From positions 46,487 to 110,486 of the forward strand of contig DATEVU010000119.1 in NCBI GenBank assembly GCA_035258345.1: DNA of 64,000 nt, read 5' to 3'. Source of the DNA: Bacteroidales bacterium (GTDB taxonomy: Bacteria > Bacteroidota > Bacteroidia > Bacteroidales > UBA10428). The position numbers were made by a program, and so were the translations under genes. Below are positions 41,391 to 52,192 of this stretch, in pieces (the first letter of the stretch is position 1; the number at the start of each line of letters is the position of its first letter). The notes below the pieces were generated by a model, which made no database searches, was not told the DNA's origin, and saw only the letters and a program-made list of their open reading frames with translations.

Positions 41391-41462
41391 TTTGTGAGTA
41401 TTAGGTTAAACAATAGTATTAAAACTGGTATAAGGTTACAAATTTCTGATGAAATACTAAAA

Positions 41463-42338
41463 TTATTGCCGCATCATTCTTGGCAGCGATTCAAAAACCT
41501 CTACAGCTGCCCTTGATTTATTAAGCGTATAAAAGTGCAGTCCCGGGGCGCCTTTTTCCAGGAGATCAATGCATTGCATTATTGCATGATCAATACCTAT
41601 CTGATAGATCTTTTCGGCATTATGTTTATTGCTTTCAATCTTTTCAAGCAGACTGGCGGGATAAACAGCACCGGTCATTTCAAGAAATCTGTTTATCTGA
41701 CTGTAATTGGTTACGGGGATGATGCCCGGAATTATCCTGCATCCGATGCCGGCTGTCCTGGCTAATGAAATAAAACGGAAATAGGACTCATTGTTGAAAA
41801 AGAACTGTGTGATCAGAAAATTGGCGCCGGCACGGTATTTTATGGCAAGCTTTTCAAGATCATCTTCCAAAGTGACAGATTCCGGATGCTTTTCGGGGTA
41901 GGCAGCCGCTCCGATGGAACAAGAATATCTCGGCTGTACAAAAGAGATCAGATCGCTGGCATGACTAAATCCGTTCACCGTCGGGACAAATTGCGCGCTG
42001 CCTTTTGGGGGATCACCCCGGAGCAACATCAGGTTTTCAATTCCTATCTTGGCAAGGTAATCCATATCCCTGGCAATTTTATCCTGTGAGGCTCCTACAC
42101 AGGTATAATGGGCCATAGTATTTAACCCGATCCTGTTCTGAAGATAATCAACCAGTCCGAAGGTCCGCTCCTGGTTAGACCCGCCTGCACCGTAGGTTAC
42201 CGAAACGAAGGAAGGATTGAATTTAAGCAATTGACCCACATTAATGCCAAAATCAACAGCTGATATCTCATCCCTTGGAGGGAAAAACTCAAAGGAAAAG
42301 GTACGCGATGAAGGGGTAAACAGCCCGGATATTTTCAT
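41463..42338 (-). CDS. metF: Methylenetetrahydrofolate reductase
   Basis: 291 aa. MTHFR TIM-barrel blocks (FSFEFFPP, FVSVTYGAGGS, NLMLLRGDPP). Confidence 0.92.
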   Translation of the reverse strand: MKISGLFTPSSRTFSFEFFPPRDEISAVDFGINVGQLLKFNPSFVSVTYGAGGSNQERTFGLVDYLQNRIGLNTMAHYTCVGASQDKIARDMDYLAKIGIENLMLLRGDPPKGSAQFVPTVNGFSHASDLISFVQPRYSCSIGAAAYPEKHPESVTLEDDLEKLAIKYRAGANFLITQFFFNNESYFRFISLARTAGIGCRIIPGIIPVTNYSQINRFLEMTGAVYPASLLEKIESNKHNAEKIYQIGIDHAIMQCIDLLEKGAPGLHFYTLNKSRAAVEVFESLPRMMRQ

Positions 42339-42355
42339 CTGGGAATAACGAATTA

Positions 42356-45300
42356 CTATTTATAGTTAAGATTGGATGCCAGCAGGGATTCAATAGCACT
42401 GGCCGGCAATCCTTTTCGCATTGCATAGTCATTTACCTGATCCGGTGAAATATTGCCCACAAAAAAATATCTTGACCGGGGACTTGCAAAAACCAATCCG
42501 CTTACCGAAGCTGCCGGGTACATCGAGTAGCTTTCGGTTAGCTTTATGCCGGTAAGTTTTTCGGCCTGGAGCAACCGGAAAAGCGTTTCCTTTTCCGAAT
42601 GATCCGGACATGCAGGATAGCCGTGAGCCGGCCTTATTCCCCGGTATTTTTCAAGCAGCAGTTCATCCAGCGTAAGTTGCTCATCGGATGCGAAACCCCA
42701 CAAGTCCTTTCTTATTTTCAAATGGATGAGCTCCGTGAAGGCTTCCGCCAGCCGGTCGGCCAGGGCTTTAACCATAATACCGTCGTAGTCATCGAGGTTT
42801 CTGGCAAATTCATCCAGTATGGCCTCAATTCCCAGTCCGGCAGTCACGGCAAAAGCACCCAGGTAATCGGTTATACCGGTGGACCTGGGGGCAATAAAAT
42901 CGGCCAGGCACAGGTTGGGTCCATCGGATTTCAGTTCCTGGTTGCGAAGGTTTATAAACCTGGCCAGGACATGTTTCCGGGAGGTATCGCTGTAAACTTC
43001 AATGTCATCACCAACCGAATTGGCGGGGAATATGCCTGCCACACCCTTTGCTGTCAGCAGTTTTTCCCGGATTATCCGGTCGAGCAGCCGGTTGGCATCG
43101 GCGAATAACCTGGTGGCTTCCTCACCCTGCCGGGGATCCTTTAAAATATCGGGAAACTTTCCCCGAAGCTGCCAGACCACAAAAAAGAACACCCAGCTGA
43201 TGAAATCCCTGATCTCCTCAACAGGGTAGCTGTCAAATACCTTCAACCCTAAGAATTTGGGCTCGGTGATATTGGCAGCATCCCAACCATCAGTCAGGGA
43301 ATTTTTCCTTGCCTCTTTCAATGAAACATAAACTGTTTTTTCTTTGGCTTCGAGATAGGTTTTTCGCAATTCATCATATTCCTTCCTGGTTTTTTCCGAA
43401 AATGCCGAATGCTGTGATTTTGATAGCAGGCTGCTGACCACGCCAACACTTTTGGAGGCATCCTTAACATGTATTACAGGAGCGGTGTAATGCGGCTCAA
43501 TTTTAACGGCCGTGTGCACCTTTGAGGTAGTGGCGCCCCCAATGAGCAGGGGCTTCTTTAGTCCGTGTTTTTCAAACAATCTTGCAGCATCGGTCATAAT
43601 TTCCAGCGAGGGTGTTATCAGTCCGCTTAACCCGATGATGTCAACCTGGTATTCAAGGGCAGCCTCAATAATTTTTTCGGTTGGTACCATCACACCCAGG
43701 TCAATAACCCTGTAATTATTACAGCTTAGCACAACGCCGACGATATTTTTCCCGATGTCATGAACATCGCCTTTCACTGTGGCCAGGAGAATCGTACCGG
43801 CCGTAAGACTGGCGGACGTCTCACCGGCATCTTTCTCCTGTTCAATAAAGGGTTGTAGCACAGCAACAGCTTTTTTCATCACCCTGGCACTTTTTACAAC
43901 CTGGGGAAGAAACATCTTGCCTTCACCAAAGAGGTCACCTACTTTCGACATGCCATCCATCAGCGGGCCTTCTATGACATTCAGCGCCCGGGGATATGCC
44001 TCACGGGCTTCGAGGATATCCGGTTCAATGTAATCCATAATTCCCTTTACGAGAGCATGATTTATCCTGTCTTCCACCGGTCCCATGCGCCATTCATCGG
44101 TCTTCTCCTCTTTTTTTTCTTGTTTTTTAACCGATTCCGCGAATGTGATAAGCCGTTCCGTGGCATCGGGACGGCGGTTCAGCACAATATCCTCTACCAG
44201 CACAAGCAGATCTTCCGGCAGATCATCATAAACGGCGAGCATGGAAGGATTTACAATCCCCATATCAAGGCCCGCCTTAATGGCATGGTAAAGAAATACA
44301 GAATGGATGGCCTCGCGGATAAGGTTATTGCCCCTGAAGGCGAATGACAGATTACTGATACCCCCGCTGATCTTGGCATGGGGGAGATTTTCCTTGATCC
44401 AGGCAATGGTTTTGATGAAATCCACTGCATAATTATTATGTTCCTCAATGCCTGTGCCTATGGCGAGTACATTCGGATCGAATATGATGTTCTCCGGGGC
44501 AAAACCTGCATCCTTTGTCAGCAGGTCATATGCACGGCGACAAACCTCGGTGCGCCGCGCAAAGGTATCCGCCTGTCCTTTCTCATCAAAGGCCATGACA
44601 ACCACCGCGGCACCGTATTGCCTCACTTTCTGTGCCTGCCTTTTAAATGCATCCTCGCCTTCCTTGAGGCTGATGGAATTCACTATCGATTTTCCCTGCA
44701 CACATTTCAAACCGGCTTCAATGACCGACCATTTGGATGAGTCGATCATAATGGGAAGCTTTGCGATTTCTGGTTCAGCCATTACCAGGCTCAGGAATCT
44801 GACCATACATTTTTCCGCATCGAGCATGGCATCATCCATACAAATGTCAAGGATCTGCGCACCTCCTTCAACCTGGTTCCTGGCCACCGCGAGTGCCTCT
44901 TCGTATTTTTCCTCCCGGATCAGGCCGGCAAATTTAATGGAACCCGATACATTGGTACGTTCACCAATGTTGACAAAATTGCTTTCACGCGAAACGGAAA
45001 GGGGCTCAAGACCACTCAGGCTGGTAATGTGACGGATTTTCGGCACTAACCTGGGGGTATAATTTTCTGCCAGTCCGGAAAATGCCTTTATGTGCTCCGG
45101 TGTAGTCCCGCAACATCCCCCGATGATGTTCACGGATCCGCTTTCCAGGAATTCCCTGAACTGGCCGGTCATGATCCCGGGCGTATCATCATAACCGCCG
45201 AACTGATTGGGGAGGCCGGCGTTCGGATGCGCACTGACAAAATAGGGTGCTATTTTGGCCAGTTCGGTAACATAGGGCAGCATTTCACGGGCACCGAGAG

Positions 45301-46036
45301 CACAGTTTATGCCAATACTCAGCAGATCGACATGCGATACCGAATGCAGGAAAGCCTCGATCGTTTGTCCGGATAATGTTCGCCCGCTGGCGTCGGTTAT
45401 GGTGGCTGATATCATTACCGGCAGTCTTTTTCCATATTCGGTGAATAGCTGCTCAATGCTGTATAAGGCAGCCTTGGCGTTCAGCGTGTCAAAAACAGTT
45501 TCGATAAGCAGCAAATCCACACCGCCTTCAATGAGACCCCTGATCTGACCGGCATAAGCCTCTGCCATCCCGTCGAATGCAACCGCGCGGTATCCCGGAT
45601 CATTAACATCGGGAGACATGGAGGCGGTTTTGTTGGTAGGACCTATCGAACCCGCAACATACCTGGGCCTGGCGCGATTGCGCGCTGTTATTTCATCGGC
45701 AGCCGAAACCGCTAATCTGGCGGAGGCATAATTCATCTCGTATACCAGGCTCTCCAGATGGTAGTCGGACTGGGATATGACTGTGGAACTGAAGGTGTTG
45801 GTTTCAATGATATCAGCTCCCGCTTCCAGGTAATCCAAATGGATTTCCCTGATAAGTTCAGGCATTGTTAATGACAGCAAATCGATATTGCCCTTGACAT
45901 CATGCTGAAAATCCCTGAAACGGTCCCCCCGGTAATCCTTTTCCTCAAGTTTATGCTTTTGGACCAGACTTCCAATTGCGCCATCCAGAATCAGAATCCT
46001 GCTGTTAAGCAGTTCATATATTGAATTTTTTTCCAT
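42356..46036 (-). CDS. metH: Cobalamin-dependent methionine synthase
   Basis: 1226 aa with Hcy-methyltransferase, pterin-binding, B12-binding ([10 protein letters not shown] = DxHxxG) and AdoMet-activation domains. Confidence 0.96.
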   Translation of the reverse strand: MEKNSIYELLNSRILILDGAIGSLVQKHKLEEKDYRGDRFRDFQHDVKGNIDLLSLTMPELIREIHLDYLEAGADIIETNTFSSTVISQSDYHLESLVYEMNYASARLAVSAADEITARNRARPRYVAGSIGPTNKTASMSPDVNDPGYRAVAFDGMAEAYAGQIRGLIEGGVDLLLIETVFDTLNAKAALYSIEQLFTEYGKRLPVMISATITDASGRTLSGQTIEAFLHSVSHVDLLSIGINCALGAREMLPYVTELAKIAPYFVSAHPNAGLPNQFGGYDDTPGIMTGQFREFLESGSVNIIGGCCGTTPEHIKAFSGLAENYTPRLVPKIRHITSLSGLEPLSVSRESNFVNIGERTNVSGSIKFAGLIREEKYEEALAVARNQVEGGAQILDICMDDAMLDAEKCMVRFLSLVMAEPEIAKLPIMIDSSKWSVIEAGLKCVQGKSIVNSISLKEGEDAFKRQAQKVRQYGAAVVVMAFDEKGQADTFARRTEVCRRAYDLLTKDAGFAPENIIFDPNVLAIGTGIEEHNNYAVDFIKTIAWIKENLPHAKISGGISNLSFAFRGNNLIREAIHSVFLYHAIKAGLDMGIVNPSMLAVYDDLPEDLLVLVEDIVLNRRPDATERLITFAESVKKQEKKEEKTDEWRMGPVEDRINHALVKGIMDYIEPDILEAREAYPRALNVIEGPLMDGMSKVGDLFGEGKMFLPQVVKSARVMKKAVAVLQPFIEQEKDAGETSASLTAGTILLATVKGDVHDIGKNIVGVVLSCNNYRVIDLGVMVPTEKIIEAALEYQVDIIGLSGLITPSLEIMTDAARLFEKHGLKKPLLIGGATTSKVHTAVKIEPHYTAPVIHVKDASKSVGVVSSLLSKSQHSAFSEKTRKEYDELRKTYLEAKEKTVYVSLKEARKNSLTDGWDAANITEPKFLGLKVFDSYPVEEIRDFISWVFFFVVWQLRGKFPDILKDPRQGEEATRLFADANRLLDRIIREKLLTAKGVAGIFPANSVGDDIEVYSDTSRKHVLARFINLRNQELKSDGPNLCLADFIAPRSTGITDYLGAFAVTAGLGIEAILDEFARNLDDYDGIMVKALADRLAEAFTELIHLKIRKDLWGFASDEQLTLDELLLEKYRGIRPAHGYPACPDHSEKETLFRLLQAEKLTGIKLTESYSMYPAASVSGLVFASPRSRYFFVGNISPDQVNDYAMRKGLPASAIESLLASNLNYK

Positions 46037-46042
46037 TGGTCG

Positions 46043-47953
46043 TCACTTCTTTAAGCCCTCCCTTACCCTGCTTATGTTAAGGTCGTTGAAAATATTCTTT
46101 CCGGAAGGGGTATACATGTAATCAATGCTTTCCTGGAATTGCTCCGTTATTTTTGGTCTTACGATCTTCAGGGTGCTGTTGAGCAGGTGATTTTCCTCGG
46201 TGAATCCTTCGCCAATCAGCGCAAATGCAGCCGGTAACCAGCGATGCGGAAACATGCTTTCAAATTTTCCGCCGGCCAGGAACTGGTTGATCTGGGATTC
46301 AACCAGCTGGATCACCCCGCGCTGGGTAGCTTCATCCCCAACTGACATATTGGAAGCGGCAAGCCAGGTTTTTATGGTGGCATAGTTCGGGAAGATCAGT
46401 GCCGTGGTATAGGCATTCTGATTGTTATACAACATGCACTGATCGATGAATTTCGAATGCTGGACAATGGCTTCCTCGATGCTTTCGGGACTGTATTTTT
46501 CACCGTCATCGGCAATCAGCAAACTCTTGAACCTGCCAAGAACATAAAGAAAGCCGTCATTATCCACGTAGCCAAGATCACCGGTGTAGAGCCATCCGTC
46601 ACGAATGGTATCCTTCGTGGCTTCGGGATTTGCCCAATAGCCCTTCATCACGTTCTCTCCCTTTATTACAATCTCGCCTTTTTCACCGGTGGGAAGTTCA
46701 TTCCCGTCATCATCGCAGATCTTCAGTTCGAGGTCCTTTACCAGTGCTCCCGAGGAGCCCATTTTGTGCATGGTGGGATTATTGGCTGAAATAACAGGTG
46801 CTGCTTCCGTTAAACCATACCCCTGATACATGGGAATGCCTATGGCATAAAAGAAGCGCTGCAAATCAATGTCAAGCAGCGCACCACCTCCGATAAAGTA
46901 CTCGAGCCTTCCTCCGAATCCCTCCCGCACCTTGGTGAAAAGTATCTTATCAAACAGGATGCAAAACGGCTTGAGGAGTATTCTTATTCCTTTCCCCTTG
47001 TTCCATCCTGTTCCGTTATAGATGTAGGTTGTTTTCAGGGCTAACCCGAACAGATTTTCCGCAAAACGGCCTTTATCCCGGATACCTTTTTCAATATTTT
47101 TTTTAAAATTTTTAGCCAGCGCCGGTACGCTCATCAGCAGGTATGGCCTGTTCTCCTTAATATTTACCGGGATATTTTTCAGGGTTTCCATGGGAGTCTC
47201 ACCCACCTGGATGGATGCCATGCTTGCCCCGCACGCCATAAGAGTATAAATACCACAGGTATGGGTAAATGCATGATCCCACGGCAAAATCAGCAGCGTT
47301 GTCCAGTAACGCGGAATAGAAAATAAACTGAGGGATTGTTGAATATTGGCTATATAGTTGCCATGACTAAGGATGATCCCTTTGGGATCCGCTGTTGTTC
47401 CGGAGGTATAACAGATATTGGCATAATCATCAGCGCTAACTGATATCCAGCGACGGCTGAATTCTTCATTGCTGTTTTTGAGAAAATCCTTCCCCCGGTT
47501 GATGATCTCTGCGAAAAGAACTTCGTAGGATTGACACTCTTCCTGGGGATCCATTAAAATAATCTTTTCCAGGGTATCAATGGATTTTTTCAGTACTGAA
47601 ACTTTTTTTGCCTGGTTCTTTGATACGATAATAAACCGCGCACCGGAATGCCCGATTCTGAATTTAAGCTCTGCGGGTTCGGTAAGCTTCACCGACAGTG
47701 GTACATCAACTGCACCGGCATAAAAAATACCCAGTTCTGCAATTACCCAGTCGTTTCTTCCTTCCGACAACAACGCGATACGGTCACCTTTTTGAACACC
47801 CATGGAAACAAGACCTGCACCGAACAACTGTACTTTTTCATGTACTTCCCTGAACGTGGATCCCTTGTAACTATTGTTCTTTTTTTCAAGTAGAAATACA
47901 TTGTCGCTGTATCTTTTTACACAGTCCTCGAACAAATGGATCAACGTTTTCAT
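46043..47953 (-). CDS. AMP-dependent synthetase/ligase (long-chain fatty-acid--CoA ligase-like)
   Basis: AMP-binding motifs YTSGTTADPKG, GYGLTE and GDLGYVDNDGFLYVLGR. The ATG at 47953 (MKTLIHLF) is preferred because the track start at 48019 lies inside the terminator hairpin. Confidence 0.88.
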   Translation of the reverse strand: MKTLIHLFEDCVKRYSDNVFLLEKKNNSYKGSTFREVHEKVQLFGAGLVSMGVQKGDRIALLSEGRNDWVIAELGIFYAGAVDVPLSVKLTEPAELKFRIGHSGARFIIVSKNQAKKVSVLKKSIDTLEKIILMDPQEECQSYEVLFAEIINRGKDFLKNSNEEFSRRWISVSADDYANICYTSGTTADPKGIILSHGNYIANIQQSLSLFSIPRYWTTLLILPWDHAFTHTCGIYTLMACGASMASIQVGETPMETLKNIPVNIKENRPYLLMSVPALAKNFKKNIEKGIRDKGRFAENLFGLALKTTYIYNGTGWNKGKGIRILLKPFCILFDKILFTKVREGFGGRLEYFIGGGALLDIDLQRFFYAIGIPMYQGYGLTEAAPVISANNPTMHKMGSSGALVKDLELKICDDDGNELPTGEKGEIVIKGENVMKGYWANPEATKDTIRDGWLYTGDLGYVDNDGFLYVLGRFKSLLIADDGEKYSPESIEEAIVQHSKFIDQCMLYNNQNAYTTALIFPNYATIKTWLAASNMSVGDEATQRGVIQLVESQINQFLAGGKFESMFPHRWLPAAFALIGEGFTEENHLLNSTLKIVRPKITEQFQESIDYMYTPSGKNIFNDLNISRVREGLKK

Positions 47954-47990
47954 GGTATTGCAGGTAATTTGAATAATTACGCAATATAGT

Positions 47991-48023
47991 AAAAAAAAAA
48001 ACTCAATGTTGCGCAACATTGAG
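47991..48023 (-). terminator. Intrinsic terminator of the receiver-domain gene (22-nt perfect palindrome followed by U11 on the minus strand)
   Basis: CTCAATGTTGCGCAACATTGAG at 48002-48023, with an A11 run at 47991-48001 on the plus strand. Confidence 0.85.
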
Positions 48024-48068
48024 TAGGGGCGATGAATAATATGGGTATGCAGTGCCGGCTGCCGTGAA

Positions 48069-48464
48069 TTATACTGTGGTAACCGGATTCATTAAATTCT
48101 CAATCCGGTATAGCAGTTCCTGCACATTTACCGGCTTATTGATATAATCATCACAACCTGCTTCAAAACATCTTTCCCATTCCTCATTAAAAGCATTGGC
48201 TGTTTGCACAATGATCGGAATTTCGGGCCTGAATGACTTTATTTGCTTAATCGCTTCAATTCCGTCGATAACGGGCAGCTGGAGATCCATCAATATCAGG
48301 TCGATGTGTCCGTATAACATGCAGTAATCGACAGCAAGCTGCCCATTAATTGCCCAGATCACGTTCACTTTCAACTTATGGGTTAAAACCAGGTTGAGAA
48401 ATTTAAAGCTGATCTCGTCGTCCTCAGCTACCAGAATAGTCCTGTTGCTCCAGTCTTGATTCAT
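48069..48464 (-). CDS. Single-domain response regulator (CheY-like receiver)
   Basis: ILVAEDDE...LILMDLQLP...K receiver pattern. The ATG at 48464 is preferred over the TTG at 48476. Confidence 0.85.
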   Translation of the reverse strand: MNQDWSNRTILVAEDDEISFKFLNLVLTHKLKVNVIWAINGQLAVDYCMLYGHIDLILMDLQLPVIDGIEAIKQIKSFRPEIPIIVQTANAFNEEWERCFEAGCDDYINKPVNVQELLYRIENLMNPVTTV

Positions 48465-48699
48465 TGGTGTTGCCAATTTGTTTACGTGGTGTTGATTTTA
48501 ATACGTTAGCCGCCGGAAAAGGTGGGTGGATAATTGATGAATGGAACGGCAATACGGATTAACGTAGGATTTATCGTGACTAATATTACCTGCGATCCCG
48601 AGAATACACTGCGAGGATTCATAACCTCCGTGGTTATGTGATAAAATCATTGTGCAGGGATATTAATATTCGTAATTTGTTATTTTAATTTGAGCCCTC

Positions 48700-49920
48700 A
48701 TGACGACCCCGCATTTTGATCCCGCAACGCGTATCCAGGATATGCTGCAATTTGATGAATTTGGAGGTGTTAATCCTGCCATTACAGATTCTTCTACCTT
48801 TACATTTCTTGATCCCGAGACCATGACCGAAACCTTCCTGGGTCATACCGAGGGTTGTTTTTTATATTCAAGGCACTGGAATCCCAGTAACAAGTTTCTC
48901 GCAGATGCCATTGCATCCATGGAGGATACACAATCGGCCTGGGTCACGGCCTCCGGTATGTCGGCAATAACCAGTTCCATCCTGCAGCTTTGCAGTGCCG
49001 GCGATCACCTTATAACAAGTGTAACAACCTATGGCGGAACTTTTGCATTTCTGAAAAATTACCTTCCAAAATTCAATATCGATGTAACTTTTGTAGATAT
49101 TACCGATCTCGATAGTGTTGTAAGGGCAATCCGGCCCAATACACGTCTCATTTATACCGAATCCGTCACAAATCCTCTTCTGCAGGTTTCCGATATTCCT
49201 TCGTTGTCTGCCATTGCCAGGGATCACGGCCTGTTGCTTATGGTTGACAATACATTCACGCCCATGATTATCACCCCGGCACGTCTCGGAGCGGATATCG
49301 TTGTTTACAGCATGACCAAGTTCATAAACGGGAAAAACGATTGCGTGGCTGGAGCCATTTGCGGTACAGATGAATTCATCAATGCCCTTTCGAATGTGAA
49401 CGATGGTACTGCAATGCTGCTCGGACCTGTCCTTGATCCCCTCAGGTCATCTGCTATCCTGAAAAACCTCCATACACTTCATGTGAGGATGAAACAACAC
49501 AGCAGTAATGCTATGGTAATAGCCCGGGGTCTTAAGGAACTGGGTATGCCTGTTCAATATCCGGGGTTGTCTGACCATCCCCAGCATGCCGTTATGAACA
49601 GTATTATGAACAAGGGATACGGATACGGTGGGATGGTAAATGTTGAGCTTGGTACGACGGCTGATGCCAATGAATTCATGCGTCAGCTTCAAATGGAAGG
49701 AGTAGGTTATCTGGCAGTTAGTTTGGGATATTTTAAAACGCTTTTCAGCAATTCCGGAAAAAGCACCTCCTCTGAGGTACCTCAGGAACTGCAACGGAAG
49801 ATGGGATTATCAGAAGGAATGGTGAGGTTTTCCATTGGGTTGGACAATGACATTGAACGTTCGCTGGCAAAAATGAAAGAATGCCTTGTCGGACTCCGGC
49901 TCTTGCCACGCAACAAATAG
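48700..49920 (+). CDS. Cys/Met-metabolism PLP-dependent enzyme (methionine gamma-lyase / cystathionine gamma-synthase family)
   Basis: 406 aa with PLP-lysine motif YSMTKFINGKND and typical N-terminal block GGVNPAITDSSTFTF. Confidence 0.85.
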   Translation: MTTPHFDPATRIQDMLQFDEFGGVNPAITDSSTFTFLDPETMTETFLGHTEGCFLYSRHWNPSNKFLADAIASMEDTQSAWVTASGMSAITSSILQLCSAGDHLITSVTTYGGTFAFLKNYLPKFNIDVTFVDITDLDSVVRAIRPNTRLIYTESVTNPLLQVSDIPSLSAIARDHGLLLMVDNTFTPMIITPARLGADIVVYSMTKFINGKNDCVAGAICGTDEFINALSNVNDGTAMLLGPVLDPLRSSAILKNLHTLHVRMKQHSSNAMVIARGLKELGMPVQYPGLSDHPQHAVMNSIMNKGYGYGGMVNVELGTTADANEFMRQLQMEGVGYLAVSLGYFKTLFSNSGKSTSSEVPQELQRKMGLSEGMVRFSIGLDNDIERSLAKMKECLVGLRLLPRNK

Positions 49921-49960
49921 TTCAGTTTTTTGTTATTACAATTGACAAAACAAGCATGCT

Positions 49961-50542
49961 ATGGATTTCACATTGAAGATCGGATCACAGGCCCCGTCAT
50001 TTAGTCTTAAAGCAACTGACGGTAAAACCAATAGTCTGCCAGATTTTTCTGACAGCCGGTTTCTTGTCCTGTTCTTCACCTGCAACCATTGTCCGTATGT
50101 CCTGGGATCAGATGAAGTCACACGCAGCACAGCGATGAAATATGAGCCGCTGGGAGTAAGGTTTGTCGCCATCAATTCAAACAGTGCCAACACGTATCGT
50201 GAGGATGATTTTGAACATATGGTCCAGCGAATGAAGCAATACAAGTTTCCATGGTTATACCTGCACGATGAAAGCCAGGAAATCGCAAAAATATATGGTG
50301 CGCTCCGGACACCCCATTTCTTTGTGTTTGATGAAAATCGCAGGCTGGTTTATACGGGCAGGGGGGTTGATAATCCGCGGGAGGCCTCCAGGTCAACGGT
50401 AAATGACCTCGACAGGGCGCTTGAAGAGCTTACCCAAGGCAGGGAGATCAGTATCAAACTTACCAACCCCATAGGCTGCAACGTTAAATGGGAAGGCATG
50501 GACAGGCACTGGATGCCGGCAGAAGCAAGGGACCTGGTATAA
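49961..50542 (+). CDS. Thioredoxin-fold (AhpC/TSA-like) thiol-disulfide oxidoreductase
   Basis: 193 aa with redox motif CNHCPY in a thioredoxin-fold context. Confidence 0.75.
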   Translation: MDFTLKIGSQAPSFSLKATDGKTNSLPDFSDSRFLVLFFTCNHCPYVLGSDEVTRSTAMKYEPLGVRFVAINSNSANTYREDDFEHMVQRMKQYKFPWLYLHDESQEIAKIYGALRTPHFFVFDENRRLVYTGRGVDNPREASRSTVNDLDRALEELTQGREISIKLTNPIGCNVKWEGMDRHWMPAEARDLV

Positions 50543-50558
50543 CGGCAGGGGAGAGTTT

Positions 50559-51563
50559 CTAAGGCTTCCGGCCCTGAAATCCCCTGAAATACTTCATAAA
50601 CTGTACCCGTTCGTACGTGGCAGGATTACCGCTTTTCACCTGGCTCATCAGGCCTTTGAACTCGCTAATCGTATTGTATTCTTTGTTGACCATCCAGGTT
50701 TCCAACTCATCGAGCATGATATGAATCTGTTCATATCCGTTTTTGTAAACGGTTGAAGCAATCTCCACGGCATCGGCACCGGCCAGCAATTGTTTAATGA
50801 GCGCAGGCCCGTCATGTACGCCTGTAGATGCGGCCAGACTGCAGCCTGATCTTCCGGCAAGAATACCAATCCACCGGAGAGAGAGATATAAGTCGGAAGG
50901 ATTGCTTAACACCGCACCAGATGTAAATTCCAACGTTTCAATATCAATATCGGGATTGTAAAAACGATTAAAAAGAACCAATCCGTTAATCCCTGAATTT
51001 GAAATTTTCTGTAAAAAGCCGGCCAGGTTGGAGAAATAGTAACTTAATTTAACGATAACCGGTATGGTCACCTGCGCCTTCACTTCCCGGATAATATCAA
51101 AATATACTTTTTCATTTTGTTCAGCAGTGCGGTTGAAATCGCTCGGAAGCACAAATATGTTCAGCTCAATGGCATGAGCACCTGCCTGTTGCAATTGTTT
51201 TGGAAAATAGGTCCATTGTGATGCCGAGATACAATTGATGCTCGCAATTACAGGGATGCTTAAGGCCTTCGAAGCATCCCCGATCTGTGCAAGATATTGC
51301 GAGGTAGCCTCCACGGGTGTTTCGTAAAAATCATAGAAATCAACCGTTTCAGGATACAGAAACCCATCTGAACTCATCCTGTTCAAACTGGCATTCATCT
51401 CTTTCAGGATCTCTTCTTCAAAGAGTGATTTAAGTACAACTGCACCGGCACCATTTTTTTCAAGTTCCCGGAGATTTCCGGGTGAATCGGATAAACCGGA
51501 ACTTCCAATTATTATGGGATTTTTAAGGGTAAGTCCGGCAAAAACGGTTGATAAATCGACCAT
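50559..51563 (-). CDS. Dihydroorotate dehydrogenase-like (class 1 DHOD/DHPD family) flavoprotein
   Basis: 334 aa TIM-barrel with LKNPIIIGSSG and GADAVEIAST blocks. Confidence 0.7.
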   Translation of the reverse strand: MVDLSTVFAGLTLKNPIIIGSSGLSDSPGNLRELEKNGAGAVVLKSLFEEEILKEMNASLNRMSSDGFLYPETVDFYDFYETPVEATSQYLAQIGDASKALSIPVIASINCISASQWTYFPKQLQQAGAHAIELNIFVLPSDFNRTAEQNEKVYFDIIREVKAQVTIPVIVKLSYYFSNLAGFLQKISNSGINGLVLFNRFYNPDIDIETLEFTSGAVLSNPSDLYLSLRWIGILAGRSGCSLAASTGVHDGPALIKQLLAGADAVEIASTVYKNGYEQIHIMLDELETWMVNKEYNTISEFKGLMSQVKSGNPATYERVQFMKYFRGFQGRKP

Positions 51564-51600
51564 GGTAAAAGGTTTATATGATTCTTACCGTAAAAGTAAA

Positions 51601-51618
51601 AAACTTCCCGGGAAGTTT
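51601..51618. promoter_or_regulatory. 18-bp perfect palindrome AAACTTCCCGGGAAGTTT overlapping a -33 TTTG element (candidate operator)
   Basis: It lies in the divergent promoter region between 51563 (-) and 51705 (+). A TTTG sits at 51616-51619, 21 nt before the -7 box. Confidence 0.4.
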
Positions 51619-51640
51619 GTTGTTAATATCCTAATTTACA

Positions 51641-51648
51641 TAAATTTG
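51641..51648 (+). promoter_or_regulatory. -7 promoter box TAAATTTG for the SPOR-domain gene
   Basis: Exact TAnnTTTG match, 57 nt upstream of the ATG at 51705. Confidence 0.45.
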
Positions 51649-51704
51649 TTTAAATCCCAATAAAATGGTATTTTTATCCGTTATTTTACCCAATACCTGA
51701 AACA

Positions 51705-52187
51705 ATGAAAAACCTATTGCCACTACTTATTCTTAGCCTGCTTTTATGCAATGGATGCAAGTATTTCAAAAAATCCTCATCGCGGACGATCGATACCATA
51801 ACGGCTGACACCACTGCAGAAGATGCATCTTTTACGGATTCCGAAGCCTATTATTCTGCTGAAGGCGAGTTGAATCCCGATGTTACTGCTGTATCCCCTT
51901 CGGAACAGCCTGTTGATTCCAGGCTTTCATCCGCGGGAATTTCCACAAGCTCAACGGTTAGCGGGAGATATTATATGATCGTGGGATGCTTCAAGGAGAT
52001 GAATTATGCGGACAAATATGCTGCAAAAATGCGGAGCATGGGTTATGAATCACAGATTATCGCCGGCCCCGACAATTTCAGCATGGTTTCTGCAAAATCC
52101 TACGGCAGCTATCGGGAAAGTATCGGAGATATTGATAATTTCCGCAACAACGTAACCCCGAACGCCTGGGTATACAGGCAAAGGTAG
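51705..52187 (+). CDS. SPOR domain-containing lipoprotein
   Basis: Lipobox LLLCNGC. C-terminal SPOR pattern RYYMIVGCFKEMNYADKYAAKMRSMGYESQII. Confidence 0.8.
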   Translation: MKNLLPLLILSLLLCNGCKYFKKSSSRTIDTITADTTAEDASFTDSEAYYSAEGELNPDVTAVSPSEQPVDSRLSSAGISTSSTVSGRYYMIVGCFKEMNYADKYAAKMRSMGYESQIIAGPDNFSMVSAKSYGSYRESIGDIDNFRNNVTPNAWVYRQR

Positions 52188-52192
52188 ACTGG

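Noticed and set aside
44448-45032. 194-aa ORF, along with several others between 42599 and 45548, antisense to metH.
   Set aside because: These are shadow ORFs inside a 1226-aa gene with unambiguous domain homology. Their Ser/Ala/Arg-rich composition is typical of antisense frames.
46037-48068. Looked for a SAM or cobalamin riboswitch controlling metH/metF.
   Set aside because: metF, metH and the upstream ligase gene are separated by only 17 and 6 nt. The 115 bp upstream of the ligase start (47954-48068) is largely taken up by the terminator of the neighbouring gene, leaving little room for a riboswitch.
48538-48642. 34-codon upstream ORF (MNGTAIRINVGFIVTNITCDPENTLRGFITSVVM) before the Cys/Met PLP enzyme gene, considered as a possible leader peptide.
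   Set aside because: It shows no enrichment of Met/Cys regulatory codons and no adjacent terminator/antiterminator pair. It cannot be supported as a feature.
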